IMG/VR virus record: IMGVR_UViG_3300042197_003251
Span: 1 to 64,000 of that record
Reading direction: 5' to 3' (one strand)
Source: a virus
DNA length: 64,000 nucleotides
Shown here: in pieces, positions 37,155 through 47,425 of the stretch
Position numbering within the stretch: position 1 is the first letter of the stretch
How the letters are laid out: every line of letters begins with the position of its first letter
Program-made: the position numbers and the translations under genes
Notes under the pieces: generated by a model
Databases searched by the model: none
Seen by the model: the letters and a program-made list of their open reading frames with translations, nothing else
What the model was told of the DNA's origin: nothing

Positions 37155-37182
37155 AAAGGGGGGAATATTTCCCCCTTTTTTA
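37155..37182 (+). terminator. intrinsic terminator
   Basis: aaagggggga-atatt-tcccccttt plus T-tract. Confidence 0.8.
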
Positions 37183-37194
37183 GTATTTATATAT

Positions 37195-38616
37195 ATGGAT
37201 TTGCAGACAGGTGACTACATAATTGTAAGAGATTGGGACAAAAACAATTTTTTTCGTAATAAGTATTATAAAGATTTAGAAAATAAACCAACAAGAGTTT
37301 GGGATTGGGGTGACGGAAGAATTTTTATTGCTCATCCTCATTTAGATTTAGTAGAATTACACGATGATGTAGTTTATGATAAAATTATAAACACCGATGA
37401 TTTACCCGACCACAAGGGATATAAAAATAAAGTAAAGGAATTTAGCAAACTCACAACGGGTCAAGATATTAAAAGTGAAAAACCTTTATTGAAATTTTTG
37501 AAAAAAAAATCTTTAAAAGAAGAACAAGAAAAAACTTTATCTAAAAATGATGAAAAAATTATTAACTTAATTGGTTCAATAGAAAATGGTGAATTTGAAG
37601 TTGGGTATTTAGATAAAATGTTTGGAAGTTTAGATAATTTTATTAATCTATTGAAAAAAAGAAATCTTTTAGAATATATTAATCCATATGATTCAGCATA
37701 TGAAGAAATTCAAAATAAATTATTTTACGAAATTTACTTTAATGATAATAATTTTGTATGGGAATTAGTTGATAAATTTATGTCTGACGCGATTAAAATT
37801 GGAAATGACTATTACCTACAATTAGATGAAGATGATTTATCTGATTTTTTTGAAACTTCTTGGAGGAACGATGTAAGTAAAGAATCAATAAAACAAATTT
37901 TAAGTGGTGAATACAATTTTGATTTTTGGGATTTAGATGCAAATGAATACGAAGATGTATATGACGATTTGGTCCCTGAAAATAAAAAAATTGTGGATAA
38001 TGTAATAGTTTCTGAATTGAAAAACATAAAAAAACTTGATGTTACTTCAAAAACTCCAAGTTTAATTGATAAAATTGCTTTAGAGCAGGGAAATGAAGGT
38101 GAAATTCAGTTAAATGATGATGTAATTTCCAGATTAATGGATGATGATGAATGTATTGAATACTTAATAATGGAAGAATTTCCTGATGATATAAAGTCAA
38201 ATTTATATAGTCTATATAGTAGTTGTTATAGTGGCACATTATATGATGAGTGGTATGATGATTTGATGAACGAGCTTGAAGGTTACATTATTGACTCTAG
38301 AAATGCTGAAGATTTTTCTTATGAAAAAGAAACTTGGGATAAAGAAGGTAAAAGAATTAAAAAAACTTTTTATGCTAGAAGGTATAAAGCAACAAATTGT
38401 ATTTATGACATAATATCTGGTTGGCTTTATGATAATAAAGATAAAAATGGATATTCCCAAAATTCTTTAGACTACTTTGGTAGTATTGCTCAAGTATTAA
38501 AAGATTCCACAGAATATGGCTCAAAGGATAAATTAAGAGTCCCGAATTTGAGCGATTATCCGGACCATACAAAAGTAGATAATTGTATGAATGAAAATGT
38601 TGGTGATTATTTTTGA
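37195..38616 (+). CDS. acidic hypothetical protein
   Basis: 473-aa ORF; TATTTAT-N4-ATG; internal SLKEEQ. Confidence 0.8.
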   Translation: MDLQTGDYIIVRDWDKNNFFRNKYYKDLENKPTRVWDWGDGRIFIAHPHLDLVELHDDVVYDKIINTDDLPDHKGYKNKVKEFSKLTTGQDIKSEKPLLKFLKKKSLKEEQEKTLSKNDEKIINLIGSIENGEFEVGYLDKMFGSLDNFINLLKKRNLLEYINPYDSAYEEIQNKLFYEIYFNDNNFVWELVDKFMSDAIKIGNDYYLQLDEDDLSDFFETSWRNDVSKESIKQILSGEYNFDFWDLDANEYEDVYDDLVPENKKIVDNVIVSELKNIKKLDVTSKTPSLIDKIALEQGNEGEIQLNDDVISRLMDDDECIEYLIMEEFPDDIKSNLYSLYSSCYSGTLYDEWYDDLMNELEGYIIDSRNAEDFSYEKETWDKEGKRIKKTFYARRYKATNCIYDIISGWLYDNKDKNGYSQNSLDYFGSIAQVLKDSTEYGSKDKLRVPNLSDYPDHTKVDNCMNENVGDYF

Positions 38617-38657
38617 AATTAGTTTATAAATAAAAATTTAATTACTAAATTTGTTAT

Positions 38658-39365
38658 ATGAAAAGATATAAACTCAATACAAGGCAAGGTATGTGTAACT
38701 TTTTTGCCGAATATGTTTCTAATGAAATTAGTGAAAATGGAAAATATGATACTGTAATTTCAGTTTCAGATTGTGAATCATTACTTTTGATAAAAGGATA
38801 TACAAGTAAAGAAGAAGCAAGAGATGTTAAAGAAATAGTAAATAAATTTATATCAAATTATTCGGTTGAATTTGATTTTGTTGACTTAACAAAAATTAGT
38901 ACCATTGACATGGTTACCTTTAATGAATCAAAAAAGTTTAAAAATAAAAAGTTAGATTTTAGATTTGATAGAGATGTTAGTCATCCCAAGTATAATCTTA
39001 ATATGGTTAATTTACCGATTATAACATCCGAGTTTCCTTATGGATTTTCTAAAAACTATTTAAAAAACTTATACTTTTATTTGGAGCATATTCTTTATAA
39101 CGCTCAATCGCATTTTATATACAATTTTATTGAGTTGTCGGTTGAAGAAGATGGTGATGGAAATGTTGAAATAACAAATATTATAACTGACTCTGTGTAT
39201 AACCCTCAGAAATTAAAGTCAATTATTTATGACAATTTCCAAATGAACGTTAAAGAAATTTCACGAACACTTGAAAATCATAACATAGTTCATGACTTGC
39301 TATATTCACTCAATAACTCGCCTTGGTTGTTTAAAAAAGAAAATTCGGAATTTTTGGTTGTTTAA
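38658..39365 (+). CDS. hypothetical protein, weak similarity to SAM synthetase N-terminal domain
   Basis: 235 aa; TAAATTTG-N4-ATG; pattern similarity by eye only. Confidence 0.55.
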   Translation: MKRYKLNTRQGMCNFFAEYVSNEISENGKYDTVISVSDCESLLLIKGYTSKEEARDVKEIVNKFISNYSVEFDFVDLTKISTIDMVTFNESKKFKNKKLDFRFDRDVSHPKYNLNMVNLPIITSEFPYGFSKNYLKNLYFYLEHILYNAQSHFIYNFIELSVEEDGDGNVEITNIITDSVYNPQKLKSIIYDNFQMNVKEISRTLENHNIVHDLLYSLNNSPWLFKKENSEFLVV

Positions 39366-39889
39366 ACTCTTTTTGAGTGTCCAACCACCTGGTAGAAATC
39401 TTTTTTCCCGTCGCAATAGTCTTCCATAAACTTTAGAAGATTTTTAAACATAAACGCTCCAGACGTTCTTTTTTCGCAACGAATAAAAAGTTCAATAAAT
39501 GCGGATAATGTTTCAACAGAATAACCTCCATCGTTATTCATTTCTTCATATTCCGTAAGATGTTTTTTGTTGTAAATAAGTTTATAAGAATTTCTTTCCT
39601 CCTGTGTTTCAAAAGGAAATATTGTGTCGTAAATTTCAATCCATTCTTTAATGTATTTGCCGACAAGTATTGGTTGTTTTTGTGATTTTAAAAGTAAATC
39701 AACAATCCAATGAGTATGTGATGGAGCCCTTAATCTTTTATTTTTTTCCTTATACTTTAAAATGAAATCCAAATCCGGTCTTTCACCTCGTCCACCCTGA
39801 TAAATGGCAACAACGACCCCATCTTCCATTAACCAATGATTGACGGGTTCGTGTCTTGTGCCTTTCTTATTGAAGATTAATTCCTTCAA
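39362..39889 (-). CDS. hypothetical protein
   Basis: 175 aa; RLRAPSHTHWIVD. Confidence 0.75.
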   Translation of the reverse strand: MKELIFNKKGTRHEPVNHWLMEDGVVVAIYQGGRGERPDLDFILKYKEKNKRLRAPSHTHWIVDLLLKSQKQPILVGKYIKEWIEIYDTIFPFETQEERNSYKLIYNKKHLTEYEEMNNDGGYSVETLSAFIELFIRCEKRTSGAFMFKNLLKFMEDYCDGKKDFYQVVGHSKRV

Positions 39890-40155
39890 ATTTTTTGTTT
39901 GATGATGTTCAACGCTTCGTCTAGTGTTTTGTAATCCATTTCAGCTGCAAATAATTCTGAGTTTTCTGTATTCTCATCATCAATTATCATAAAACTTGGA
40001 ACAAAATCATTTTTTGCATTTTTAAACATTTCATATTCTTCAGGATGTTGGTGAATATCCCTATCATGAAATTCTATTTTGTTTTCATTCAACATTCCTT
40101 TAAAGTGTTGGCAATGTCCGCAACCTTGCATTGTAAAAAGAACAATCTGTTTCAT
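39886..40155 (-). CDS. glutaredoxin-like protein
   Basis: CGHC active site, FVP cis-Pro motif. Confidence 0.88.
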   Translation of the reverse strand: MKQIVLFTMQGCGHCQHFKGMLNENKIEFHDRDIHQHPEEYEMFKNAKNDFVPSFMIIDDENTENSELFAAEMDYKTLDEALNIIKQKI

Positions 40156-40454
40156 TATACATTCTCCATTATAAGTTTATTAATATCTTGAGCCATTTTA
40201 ACTCCTACAGTTGTACTAACAACTGAACCCTCTTTAAACATTTTCATAGTAGGGACAGACCTAACATTATGTTCTTTTGAAAAATAAATGTCTTCTTCAG
40301 CGTTCACCCTATATATAGGGGTAGTTGTTGTGACTTTTTTTAGTTCTTCTTTTAACATCTTACATGGACCGCACCAGTCCGTGCTAAAACTAACCAACAT
40401 TGTTTCTTTGTTTGCAATTTTTTCTCTTAATTCTTTAATTGATATTTCTTTCAT
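40155..40454 (-). CDS. trxA: thioredoxin
   Basis: WCGPCK, VRSVPT. Confidence 0.93.
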   Translation of the reverse strand: MKEISIKELREKIANKETMLVSFSTDWCGPCKMLKEELKKVTTTTPIYRVNAEEDIYFSKEHNVRSVPTMKMFKEGSVVSTTVGVKMAQDINKLIMENV

Positions 40455-40457
40455 TTT

Positions 40458-41117
40458 TTATATTTTTTTCCATCTAATATTTGTCCTAATTTCTTGGAAA
40501 AGTCCTTTTCTTATTTCAGGATAAATTTCAGATAATTGTTTATTTGTTAAACCTTCAGATATCTTATCTTTTATATCTTTTATTATTTCTATTTTTATTT
40601 TTGATTTTGCCTGTGTTTTTTTTCTTATATTTTCTTCTCTTTGAACCCTTTCTTCCGCAGTAAGATTTTCCCAACCTTTTTTTACTGACAACTTTCTTTT
40701 ATTTTTTTCTTCTTCAGCTCTATCCCCATATAAAACCTCATATGTTTTATTTTTATGAGAATTACCGTTTTTTGTATTTTCAGAAATTTTTTTTCTTGTC
40801 GTTTCAGAATGTTTATAACCTAAACATCCTTCACCACCAGTTGTCGTATTTAAACCATTTTCAAAAGTACCTAAATTTTTAATATAAAATTGCTCCATTT
40901 GATAAATTTTATCTATATCACACTCCTCAATTAATTCTATCCTAAAATTTTCTAATCCATACTTTCTAATAGAGTTACAAAATTTTGTATTTGAGTCAGT
41001 ATTTAAACATCTATAAAAGTGCTCATTCAGTCTTTTAGTTAACGAATAAATTGTACATCCCACATATTGCTTACCATTAACCTCATTTATTACTTTATAT
41101 ATTTTTCCCGAGTCCAT
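40458..41117 (-). CDS. GIY-YIG homing endonuclease with NUMOD3
   Basis: KIYKVINEVNGKQYVG...R...E...NTTTGG; GYKHSETTRKKIS. Confidence 0.9.
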   Translation of the reverse strand: MDSGKIYKVINEVNGKQYVGCTIYSLTKRLNEHFYRCLNTDSNTKFCNSIRKYGLENFRIELIEECDIDKIYQMEQFYIKNLGTFENGLNTTTGGEGCLGYKHSETTRKKISENTKNGNSHKNKTYEVLYGDRAEEEKNKRKLSVKKGWENLTAEERVQREENIRKKTQAKSKIKIEIIKDIKDKISEGLTNKQLSEIYPEIRKGLFQEIRTNIRWKKI

Positions 41118-41157
41118 GCTAATTGGTGTTATTTACTTATAAATATCACCAAGTTGC

Positions 41158-41490
41158 CTATTTTTTAAAACTTGTTAATAATAAATTTATTTGTTGTCTA
41201 TCTTTATAATCATAATAAATCCTCATTTTATAAGCATCCTGTCCATCAAGATTAACAATTGTACTTAAAGTTAAGTAAATATAATATAATCCCTGCACTT
41301 TACAAATATATTCAAAAATAGTTTCTTTTCTATCGTTTATGATAGAATTTTGAAGTATAACAACTACATTCTTTTTTTCTGTAAGAATTTCAGGTGTAAA
41401 TCCGTGAGTATCATTGTATTCAATAATACTCATATTTGGATTGTTATTTAATATTATATTTTCTTTATCAAATGACATCATAATAGTCAA
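41158..41490 (-). CDS. hypothetical protein
   Basis: 110-aa ORF. Confidence 0.65.
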   Translation of the reverse strand: MTIMMSFDKENIILNNNPNMSIIEYNDTHGFTPEILTEKKNVVVILQNSIINDRKETIFEYICKVQGLYYIYLTLSTIVNLDGQDAYKMRIYYDYKDRQQINLLLTSFKK

Positions 41491-43126
41491 ATTCTTCTTT
41501 TAATGCTACCATAGCTGTTATGCTTCCGCTTAAATCCCAAGTTAAATTAATTGGTCTTTTTGATTTGAAATTAATATAATAAAGATTTGGTAATTGGAAA
41601 TCCGTAACATATGATAATTTATTTTCAACAACTGAAATGGCCTCATTCCATTTTTCAGATGGTTTATAATTGAACCTTGCTCTTGTTTGGGCGTTTTTCC
41701 AAGTTACTTTTCCGTTTTCAAACTTTTTAGGGATAAATTGCATTGTAAGTCTTTCGTTATTTTCATCTCTTAATGAAATAATTATTGACCCTATGTTTCC
41801 ATTATAAGTTTTAACACAATTTGATTGATGAGCACTTTCCTCAATATATTGCGCGTTTGTTTGAAGTAAAACTGGTGAATACCTTAGTCCATCAACAATA
41901 AATGGTTGTTGAATGTAATTCAAAAAACTTTCATTATACTCTCTTTCATAATATCCTTTAGTGTAAAAACTATACTTATCGGCAAAGATGGAATGTTCGG
42001 TGCCAAAGGTTTCTGAATCAACAGAGTTCCATCTAACATTTTCATATTTACTTATTTCTTTATAAAATTTTATATGGTCGTTAAATGCATGGAGGCCAAA
42101 GTCATGTTTATAAAATGATAATAGTGTTTGGTATATATTCATTTTTTCTTTTTTGGTGACCTTGTTTATGAATTCGGTAACTTCACTTACTCCTTCATAA
42201 AAATGAAGAAAATTTGGACTTTCTATTAAAAATGTAAGTTCAGTTTCAGGTCTCTGTGTTAGAAAATCAATACCAAATAAATTAATAAGATTTTTAATTT
42301 CATTAAAATCAAGTTTGTTAACCTTATGTAATACCTTTCTAAACTTATCTCCTTTAATATCATAATATTGCATATAAGTTTCAACAAGTTTGTTTCCATT
42401 TTTCTTAAACAATCTTGCCGGAGGTTTTTTTCCTGCGTGTTTATATGTCATAAAATTGTTTGGTGCTTTTATCTGTTTGTCTTTAAGATATTTTGAATAC
42501 AAATCAGAAGTTATATCATAATAATTGTCTCTTTTGTCTATTCCCAATTTTAAATAAAACTTTGAATAAAGTTCATTTATTTGGTCAATCAGAGGATTTG
42601 GTTCCTTACTATTAAATTCTTCGTTTGGTTGTCGTAATAATACAATCATTGAACTATAGGCGGCATTCATATGATTATAAAAATGGTTACAATTAATTTT
42701 TTTTGACTTTTTTCTTTTGTCGTAATTTGAAATTCGTCCAGAATAAAAGTTTTTAGTTTTCTTGTTATAGGTAACAAAACTTATATCACTTTTTCTTTTA
42801 AACCATGTACATCCAACTCGTCTACTTTTTGAAGTTTGAAAAAATTTTAATGAAATTTTATTTTCATCTTCTTCTAAACAAAGTGTACCTCTTGAAATGT
42901 CTACACTACATAAGGGATTACCAAAATCTTTTAGTGTTTTATCCTCATCTAAATATCTAAGTTTGAATACCCATTCATTATTTTTTGAAAGTTTAATACC
43001 TGTATAGTTAATTCCAAGTATTTCGTCTTCAAAAGAAAGGTTTTCGGGTTTTTCTGGTAGAGGACAATGGTCAAGATATTCTGTAACCCATATTTTTTCA
43101 ATTACAATTTTATCAATCGTTTCCAT
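41468..43126 (-). CDS. PcfJ-like domain protein
   Basis: EESAHQSNCVKTY...IISLR...QTRARFN. Confidence 0.75.
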   Translation of the reverse strand: METIDKIVIEKIWVTEYLDHCPLPEKPENLSFEDEILGINYTGIKLSKNNEWVFKLRYLDEDKTLKDFGNPLCSVDISRGTLCLEEDENKISLKFFQTSKSRRVGCTWFKRKSDISFVTYNKKTKNFYSGRISNYDKRKKSKKINCNHFYNHMNAAYSSMIVLLRQPNEEFNSKEPNPLIDQINELYSKFYLKLGIDKRDNYYDITSDLYSKYLKDKQIKAPNNFMTYKHAGKKPPARLFKKNGNKLVETYMQYYDIKGDKFRKVLHKVNKLDFNEIKNLINLFGIDFLTQRPETELTFLIESPNFLHFYEGVSEVTEFINKVTKKEKMNIYQTLLSFYKHDFGLHAFNDHIKFYKEISKYENVRWNSVDSETFGTEHSIFADKYSFYTKGYYEREYNESFLNYIQQPFIVDGLRYSPVLLQTNAQYIEESAHQSNCVKTYNGNIGSIIISLRDENNERLTMQFIPKKFENGKVTWKNAQTRARFNYKPSEKWNEAISVVENKLSYVTDFQLPNLYYINFKSKRPINLTWDLSGSITAMVALKEEFDYYDVI

Positions 43127-43152
43127 ATTTGAATAATAATAAAAAAATTTGA

Positions 43153-43449
43153 TTAGTTCAAATTTAAATCACCCCATTTTGTTTTGTGTATTGGAACCAA
43201 TACTTCTTTTAGAGTTTGTCTTTTTGACTCTCCATGAAATTTAACAAGAATATCTAAAATTTGTTGTTGAGTAAGGACAATATCTTCTCCATTGTCAAAA
43301 TTCTTATAGACTGCAATTCTCAACTGCATATAAAATTTTTCTTTATCTAATTCGCCTATAAGGTTTTTTAAGTCCTTTGGATTTTTGTCAAAGAACCCAA
43401 TCAAACCTGAAATATAAATTTCACAATCCACATTGTTTTTCATTTTCAA
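43153..43449 (-). CDS. hypothetical protein
   Basis: 98-aa ORF. Confidence 0.7.
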   Translation of the reverse strand: MKMKNNVDCEIYISGLIGFFDKNPKDLKNLIGELDKEKFYMQLRIAVYKNFDNGEDIVLTQQQILDILVKFHGESKRQTLKEVLVPIHKTKWGDLNLN

Positions 43450-43479
43450 ATATTTTTTGGACTGCTAATATAGTGAATA

Positions 43480-44838
43480 TTACTCTTCTTTCCTAAAATA
43501 AAGTCCATTTCCAATATCGTCAAACTTCTCAACAATCCCATTTGGTAATTTAAGATTTGAGTCACAGTTTTGTATATTAATAAATGTAAGTTCTCTCATT
43601 TGACTAATTGAATCAGGTAAATTCTTTAATTCTTTATTATTAGGTAATGACAAGAAATTAAGTGAAGAACATTTTGAAACTTCGTCTGATAATGACTTAA
43701 CAATATTGTCAAGCATCAATGTTTCCAAACTTTGGAATCTTGCGATTGACGGTGGAATGTCAATAGCCGCAGATGATTTTTTATTTTCAATAATTAAACT
43801 AGTAATATCATCAGGTAGATTATCAAATATTTCAGTTGCACCATAAAGAGCAATGAACTTACCTGCCGCGCTATCAGGAATTTGAATTGTAACTTTTCTT
43901 TCTCCACTTGAAACAAGTCCTTTCGCAAACTCAGGCTTAAAGTAATCTTTCAATTCTTTAAGTTTACCATTCAACATATCTACAAGATTTACTTGGTGGT
44001 CATGTCTATCCATAAATTGTGAATCAGGGAAGTGGAATTGGTATCTTTCAACTGGAAGACCTGATACTTTACCCAAGTCAGAAGATTCATTTGGAAGGAT
44101 TACATAAAGTGGTCCTTTACCCAAATATCTTTTCCACCAATCAGCTCCAGGTGCAGATGTACACCATCTTGATTCACCTTTTTCTGATTCGTGTGAACCA
44201 CCATAGAAACAAGCCGCATCTTTTTGAAGTTGCGATGTTCCTTCAATTTTAACTACGGTCCAGTTTTGTCCACGAAAAACTACATCAGCACCAGGGTGTT
44301 CATAACTTTTTTTAGCCTCTTCTTTTTCAGCCTTAGATGCTTTTTGTTTTTCCAAACTTAAATCTTTAACAAGTTCAAAAACATCATCTTTTGATAATTT
44401 TGCAATATCCCTTTTTTCTTGTGGGAATGTTCCTTTAAATCTTTCAAATTTTTTGAGGTCATCTGTTACTTTATACAAATCTTCCAAAAACAAATTCTGA
44501 TACGCCTTTACAGCCTGACTATAAGCCCTTTGGTCTTCAGGATTTGCCTGAATATTTGATGGCTTCATAAAGTTTTTAATAAGCCAGTTAGTGTATTTAC
44601 CAACTTTAACATTTTCCATGTCTTCAACTGAAGCCGTATCAATGTTAACTTCTGTACCTCTTGGAACTACAGTTGTAGGGTCAGCAAAGATTAATGCCTT
44701 TAATACCTCAAAAGGAATTTTCTTTGGGTCGGGTTTTGATTTCCCTTCAGGTGATGACTTTTGTACCAAAGTATCATATAATACTTTAAACCTTGAATTC
44801 TCAATAATTAACGATTTTAAAATATTTGTAAATTTCAT
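43480..44838 (-). CDS. putative virion protein with C-terminal leucine-rich repeats
   Basis: LIIEN tag; SRWCTS motif; LRR-like IPPSIARFQSLETLML, LPDSISQMRELTFINI. Confidence 0.7.
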   Translation of the reverse strand: MKFTNILKSLIIENSRFKVLYDTLVQKSSPEGKSKPDPKKIPFEVLKALIFADPTTVVPRGTEVNIDTASVEDMENVKVGKYTNWLIKNFMKPSNIQANPEDQRAYSQAVKAYQNLFLEDLYKVTDDLKKFERFKGTFPQEKRDIAKLSKDDVFELVKDLSLEKQKASKAEKEEAKKSYEHPGADVVFRGQNWTVVKIEGTSQLQKDAACFYGGSHESEKGESRWCTSAPGADWWKRYLGKGPLYVILPNESSDLGKVSGLPVERYQFHFPDSQFMDRHDHQVNLVDMLNGKLKELKDYFKPEFAKGLVSSGERKVTIQIPDSAAGKFIALYGATEIFDNLPDDITSLIIENKKSSAAIDIPPSIARFQSLETLMLDNIVKSLSDEVSKCSSLNFLSLPNNKELKNLPDSISQMRELTFINIQNCDSNLKLPNGIVEKFDDIGNGLYFRKEE

Positions 44839-44863
44839 AGATAATTTTTTATATATAAATATA

Positions 44864-45715
44864 TCAATAATTCATAATTAACAATTCCTCTCCCATATTT
44901 TGAGCCTTTCCTTTTTTTGCCGCCGCAGCTTTAGCAAATTCTTTCTTTTCCCATCTATATTGGTCTTGGGGAAACCACTCGTGCAAAAGTAAAAAATCAT
45001 AGTAAGATAATGAAAATTTTCCTTGAATAGTTTTCAACACATTTGCTAAACGTTCATGGTCATTTCTGTCAAAATCATGATTTGAATAATAATCACCTTC
45101 TCCGACTACGAAATATGGTGGGTCATTGTAAAAATACGTAGTTGGTGAATCGTATTTTTTTATTACGTCCTCAAAATCCATATTTTCAACAAAAGTGATT
45201 TTTTCAAACATTTTGTGCCATTCAGGATTTTTGAGTTTATTTTTGAATGAAGTAAATTTAGAATGATATTTTCCTTTTAAATCAATGAATTTGGATTTTG
45301 CCGGATTAGCTCCTGAAAAAACTTGGGTTAATACGTACACATATTTTGCAGCAACTTCATAATTTGGCTCATCTCCAATATTTAAATCTTCAGAATAAAG
45401 TTCTTTTTGAAAATTATTAAAATTTTCTTTACATATTGGGTTAGTTGGTTGGGTATCTTTTTGTTGAACAATTATTTTTTCACATTCTTCAAGTAGTCTT
45501 TGGTGATTACTGATACATCTATATAGATTATAATTTAAAGGATTAAAATCGTTGTAAACTACTGTTTTTAAATTTGGGAAATCTGCCAAATTCATACCAA
45601 AAAAAATCCAAAATTGCCCACTAAAGCTCTCAACATAAGTTTCAATATCTTTTGGTATTAATGGGATAATCCACGACTGCATTCTTTTTTTACCACCAAT
45701 ATAACTAATACACAT
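44864..45715 (-). CDS. DNA adenine methyltransferase (Dam/D12 class)
   Basis: YIGGK, YVESFSG, YNDFN, NDPPY, ELLIMNY. Confidence 0.92.
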   Translation of the reverse strand: MCISYIGGKKRMQSWIIPLIPKDIETYVESFSGQFWIFFGMNLADFPNLKTVVYNDFNPLNYNLYRCISNHQRLLEECEKIIVQQKDTQPTNPICKENFNNFQKELYSEDLNIGDEPNYEVAAKYVYVLTQVFSGANPAKSKFIDLKGKYHSKFTSFKNKLKNPEWHKMFEKITFVENMDFEDVIKKYDSPTTYFYNDPPYFVVGEGDYYSNHDFDRNDHERLANVLKTIQGKFSLSYYDFLLLHEWFPQDQYRWEKKEFAKAAAAKKGKAQNMGEELLIMNY

Positions 45716-45716
45716 A

Positions 45717-46496
45717 TTATTTAAATTTTTCTTTTTTTCTTATTAAGAAGTTATCTTCAGATGAATTATACAAAATATTTTTAATTATCTCAATGTCTGA
45801 GGCGGAATTAATCTGAATTACGTAAATATTATTTTTTTTACTGATTTTTGGTTTTTTAATAACCCCATTATCATTAAAATACCCCAAAATCCAAGTTAAA
45901 ACTTCTTTAGTACCTAATAAAGTAAATTTTAATCTTCCGTTGTATTTTCCGATACTTCCATCACCATCAAAATAACCTCTAATAAAATGGCTAATGAACT
46001 CATTTTCTAACTTTGGTGGCAATAATATTAAACTTTTATTTGTCACACACCCTAAATTAATTAAATCGTCCGCCATTTTTGAACTATTAATTTCTAATTT
46101 ATAACTTAAAAAATTGTCTTTAATACTTTTTCTAAGTTTATAATTTGAATTAAGGTCTTTGATAAATTTTTCTATTAGATATTCGTCTCCATTTTTTAAA
46201 GATATTCCAACAACACCACCTTGTTTATGTTTACCATTACATTGTTTTCTTTTTCTGACATATCCATCCGCATATAATAAACCTAACCAATACGCCTTTT
46301 CATTACTATCAATCTTTTCAAAATAATCTTCATTACAATCATATTTACGTATTCTAGATTTGATATTTTGTTTAATTAAAATATTTCCAATACTCCAAGG
46401 GCTAACACTATACTTTTCAGATAAAAATTTGTAACTGTTACCTAACAAATATTCATTGCAAATGTTAATACAATCAATTTCACTTAATCTTTTCAT
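45717..46496 (-). CDS. LAGLIDADG homing endonuclease
   Basis: YWLGLLYADG and FIRGYFDGDG. Confidence 0.92.
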   Translation of the reverse strand: MKRLSEIDCINICNEYLLGNSYKFLSEKYSVSPWSIGNILIKQNIKSRIRKYDCNEDYFEKIDSNEKAYWLGLLYADGYVRKRKQCNGKHKQGGVVGISLKNGDEYLIEKFIKDLNSNYKLRKSIKDNFLSYKLEINSSKMADDLINLGCVTNKSLILLPPKLENEFISHFIRGYFDGDGSIGKYNGRLKFTLLGTKEVLTWILGYFNDNGVIKKPKISKKNNIYVIQINSASDIEIIKNILYNSSEDNFLIRKKEKFK

Positions 46497-46632
46497 AATA
46501 CTCCTTTACCAAATTCTGTATGAATTTGGATACGCTAATTTTTTCTAATCTCATTTTATCAAAAAGATACTTGTCAATACTAATCCCATATTTGACTTTT
46601 TTATCTTTTTCTTCTTTTTTTGGTCTTCCCAT
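46480..46632 (-). CDS. small ribbon-helix-helix-like DNA-binding protein (50 aa)
   Basis: MGRPKKEEKDKKVKYGISIDKYLFDKMRLEKISVSKFIQNLVKEYY; TATTTAT-N5-ATG; overlaps LAGLIDADG start. Confidence 0.75.
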   Translation of the reverse strand: MGRPKKEEKDKKVKYGISIDKYLFDKMRLEKISVSKFIQNLVKEYYEKIK

Positions 46633-46728
46633 ATTATATAAATATCATGAAAATTAGTAAAAGTGCGTTATTAAATAAAAAAATAATTTTCTGTTGAAAA
46701 GTTAATTACGTTTTATTATTAATTACAT

Positions 46729-46971
46729 ATGGAAAATAACGATTTAAAAAACAATATTAGTAAAGTTTTAAATGCTAATGTTATTGAAGATAGTAAAACT
46801 TGCAAAAGTTGCGGTAAAGGTAATTCAACTGAAGAAAAAAAATGTAGAAGTTGTAATCAAGTTAAAAAGAAATTGACGCCATATATTTTAATTTCAGTTG
46901 GTGTTTTTATGTTTATGGTTTACGGAATTTATAAAGCTGCGGTTGAAATAATTTCATCATTTACCCAATAA
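46729..46971 (+). CDS. small membrane protein with two CxxC motifs
   Basis: CKSC, CRSC, C-terminal TM. Confidence 0.7.
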   Translation: MENNDLKNNISKVLNANVIEDSKTCKSCGKGNSTEEKKCRSCNQVKKKLTPYILISVGVFMFMVYGIYKAAVEIISSFTQ

Positions 46972-47424
46972 CCTTTTAAGTAGCTCTTGTTTTGTAATTA
47001 CGTTTGAATTTTTTACGGAATTAACTTTTTTGTTTTCAGTAACAACTTTGGTTGGTTTTGATTCTTCTTTTTGTTCTACGACCTGAACTCTCATTTTAGG
47101 TTTTTCTTCCTCTTGTTCAGCAATTTGTACACTTACCTTCTTATTTGTAACTACTGAAAAGTCTGAAGACCACGGCTCAAAATATACATCATCAGCGATT
47201 ACTTCAAGTCTCATGTTTCCAATTTTTCCTTCTTGTAGGAAATTTTTTGTTTTGGGTATGGTTACTTCACATTCACCATTGCTCTGAATTGAACCTTTAA
47301 ACATAAAGGACATTTCATCCGATTCAATTACTAATCTTACTTGTGATTTTGCTAAAGAAGTTCCTTCTACTTCAATATTGCAATTAAACTTGTTTGGTTT
47401 GTCAGTATATAATTTATAAGCCAT
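46957..47424 (-). CDS. hypothetical protein
   Basis: 155 aa, beta-rich N-terminal domain. Confidence 0.8.
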   Translation of the reverse strand: MAYKLYTDKPNKFNCNIEVEGTSLAKSQVRLVIESDEMSFMFKGSIQSNGECEVTIPKTKNFLQEGKIGNMRLEVIADDVYFEPWSSDFSVVTNKKVSVQIAEQEEEKPKMRVQVVEQKEESKPTKVVTENKKVNSVKNSNVITKQELLKRLLGK

Positions 47425-47425
47425 A

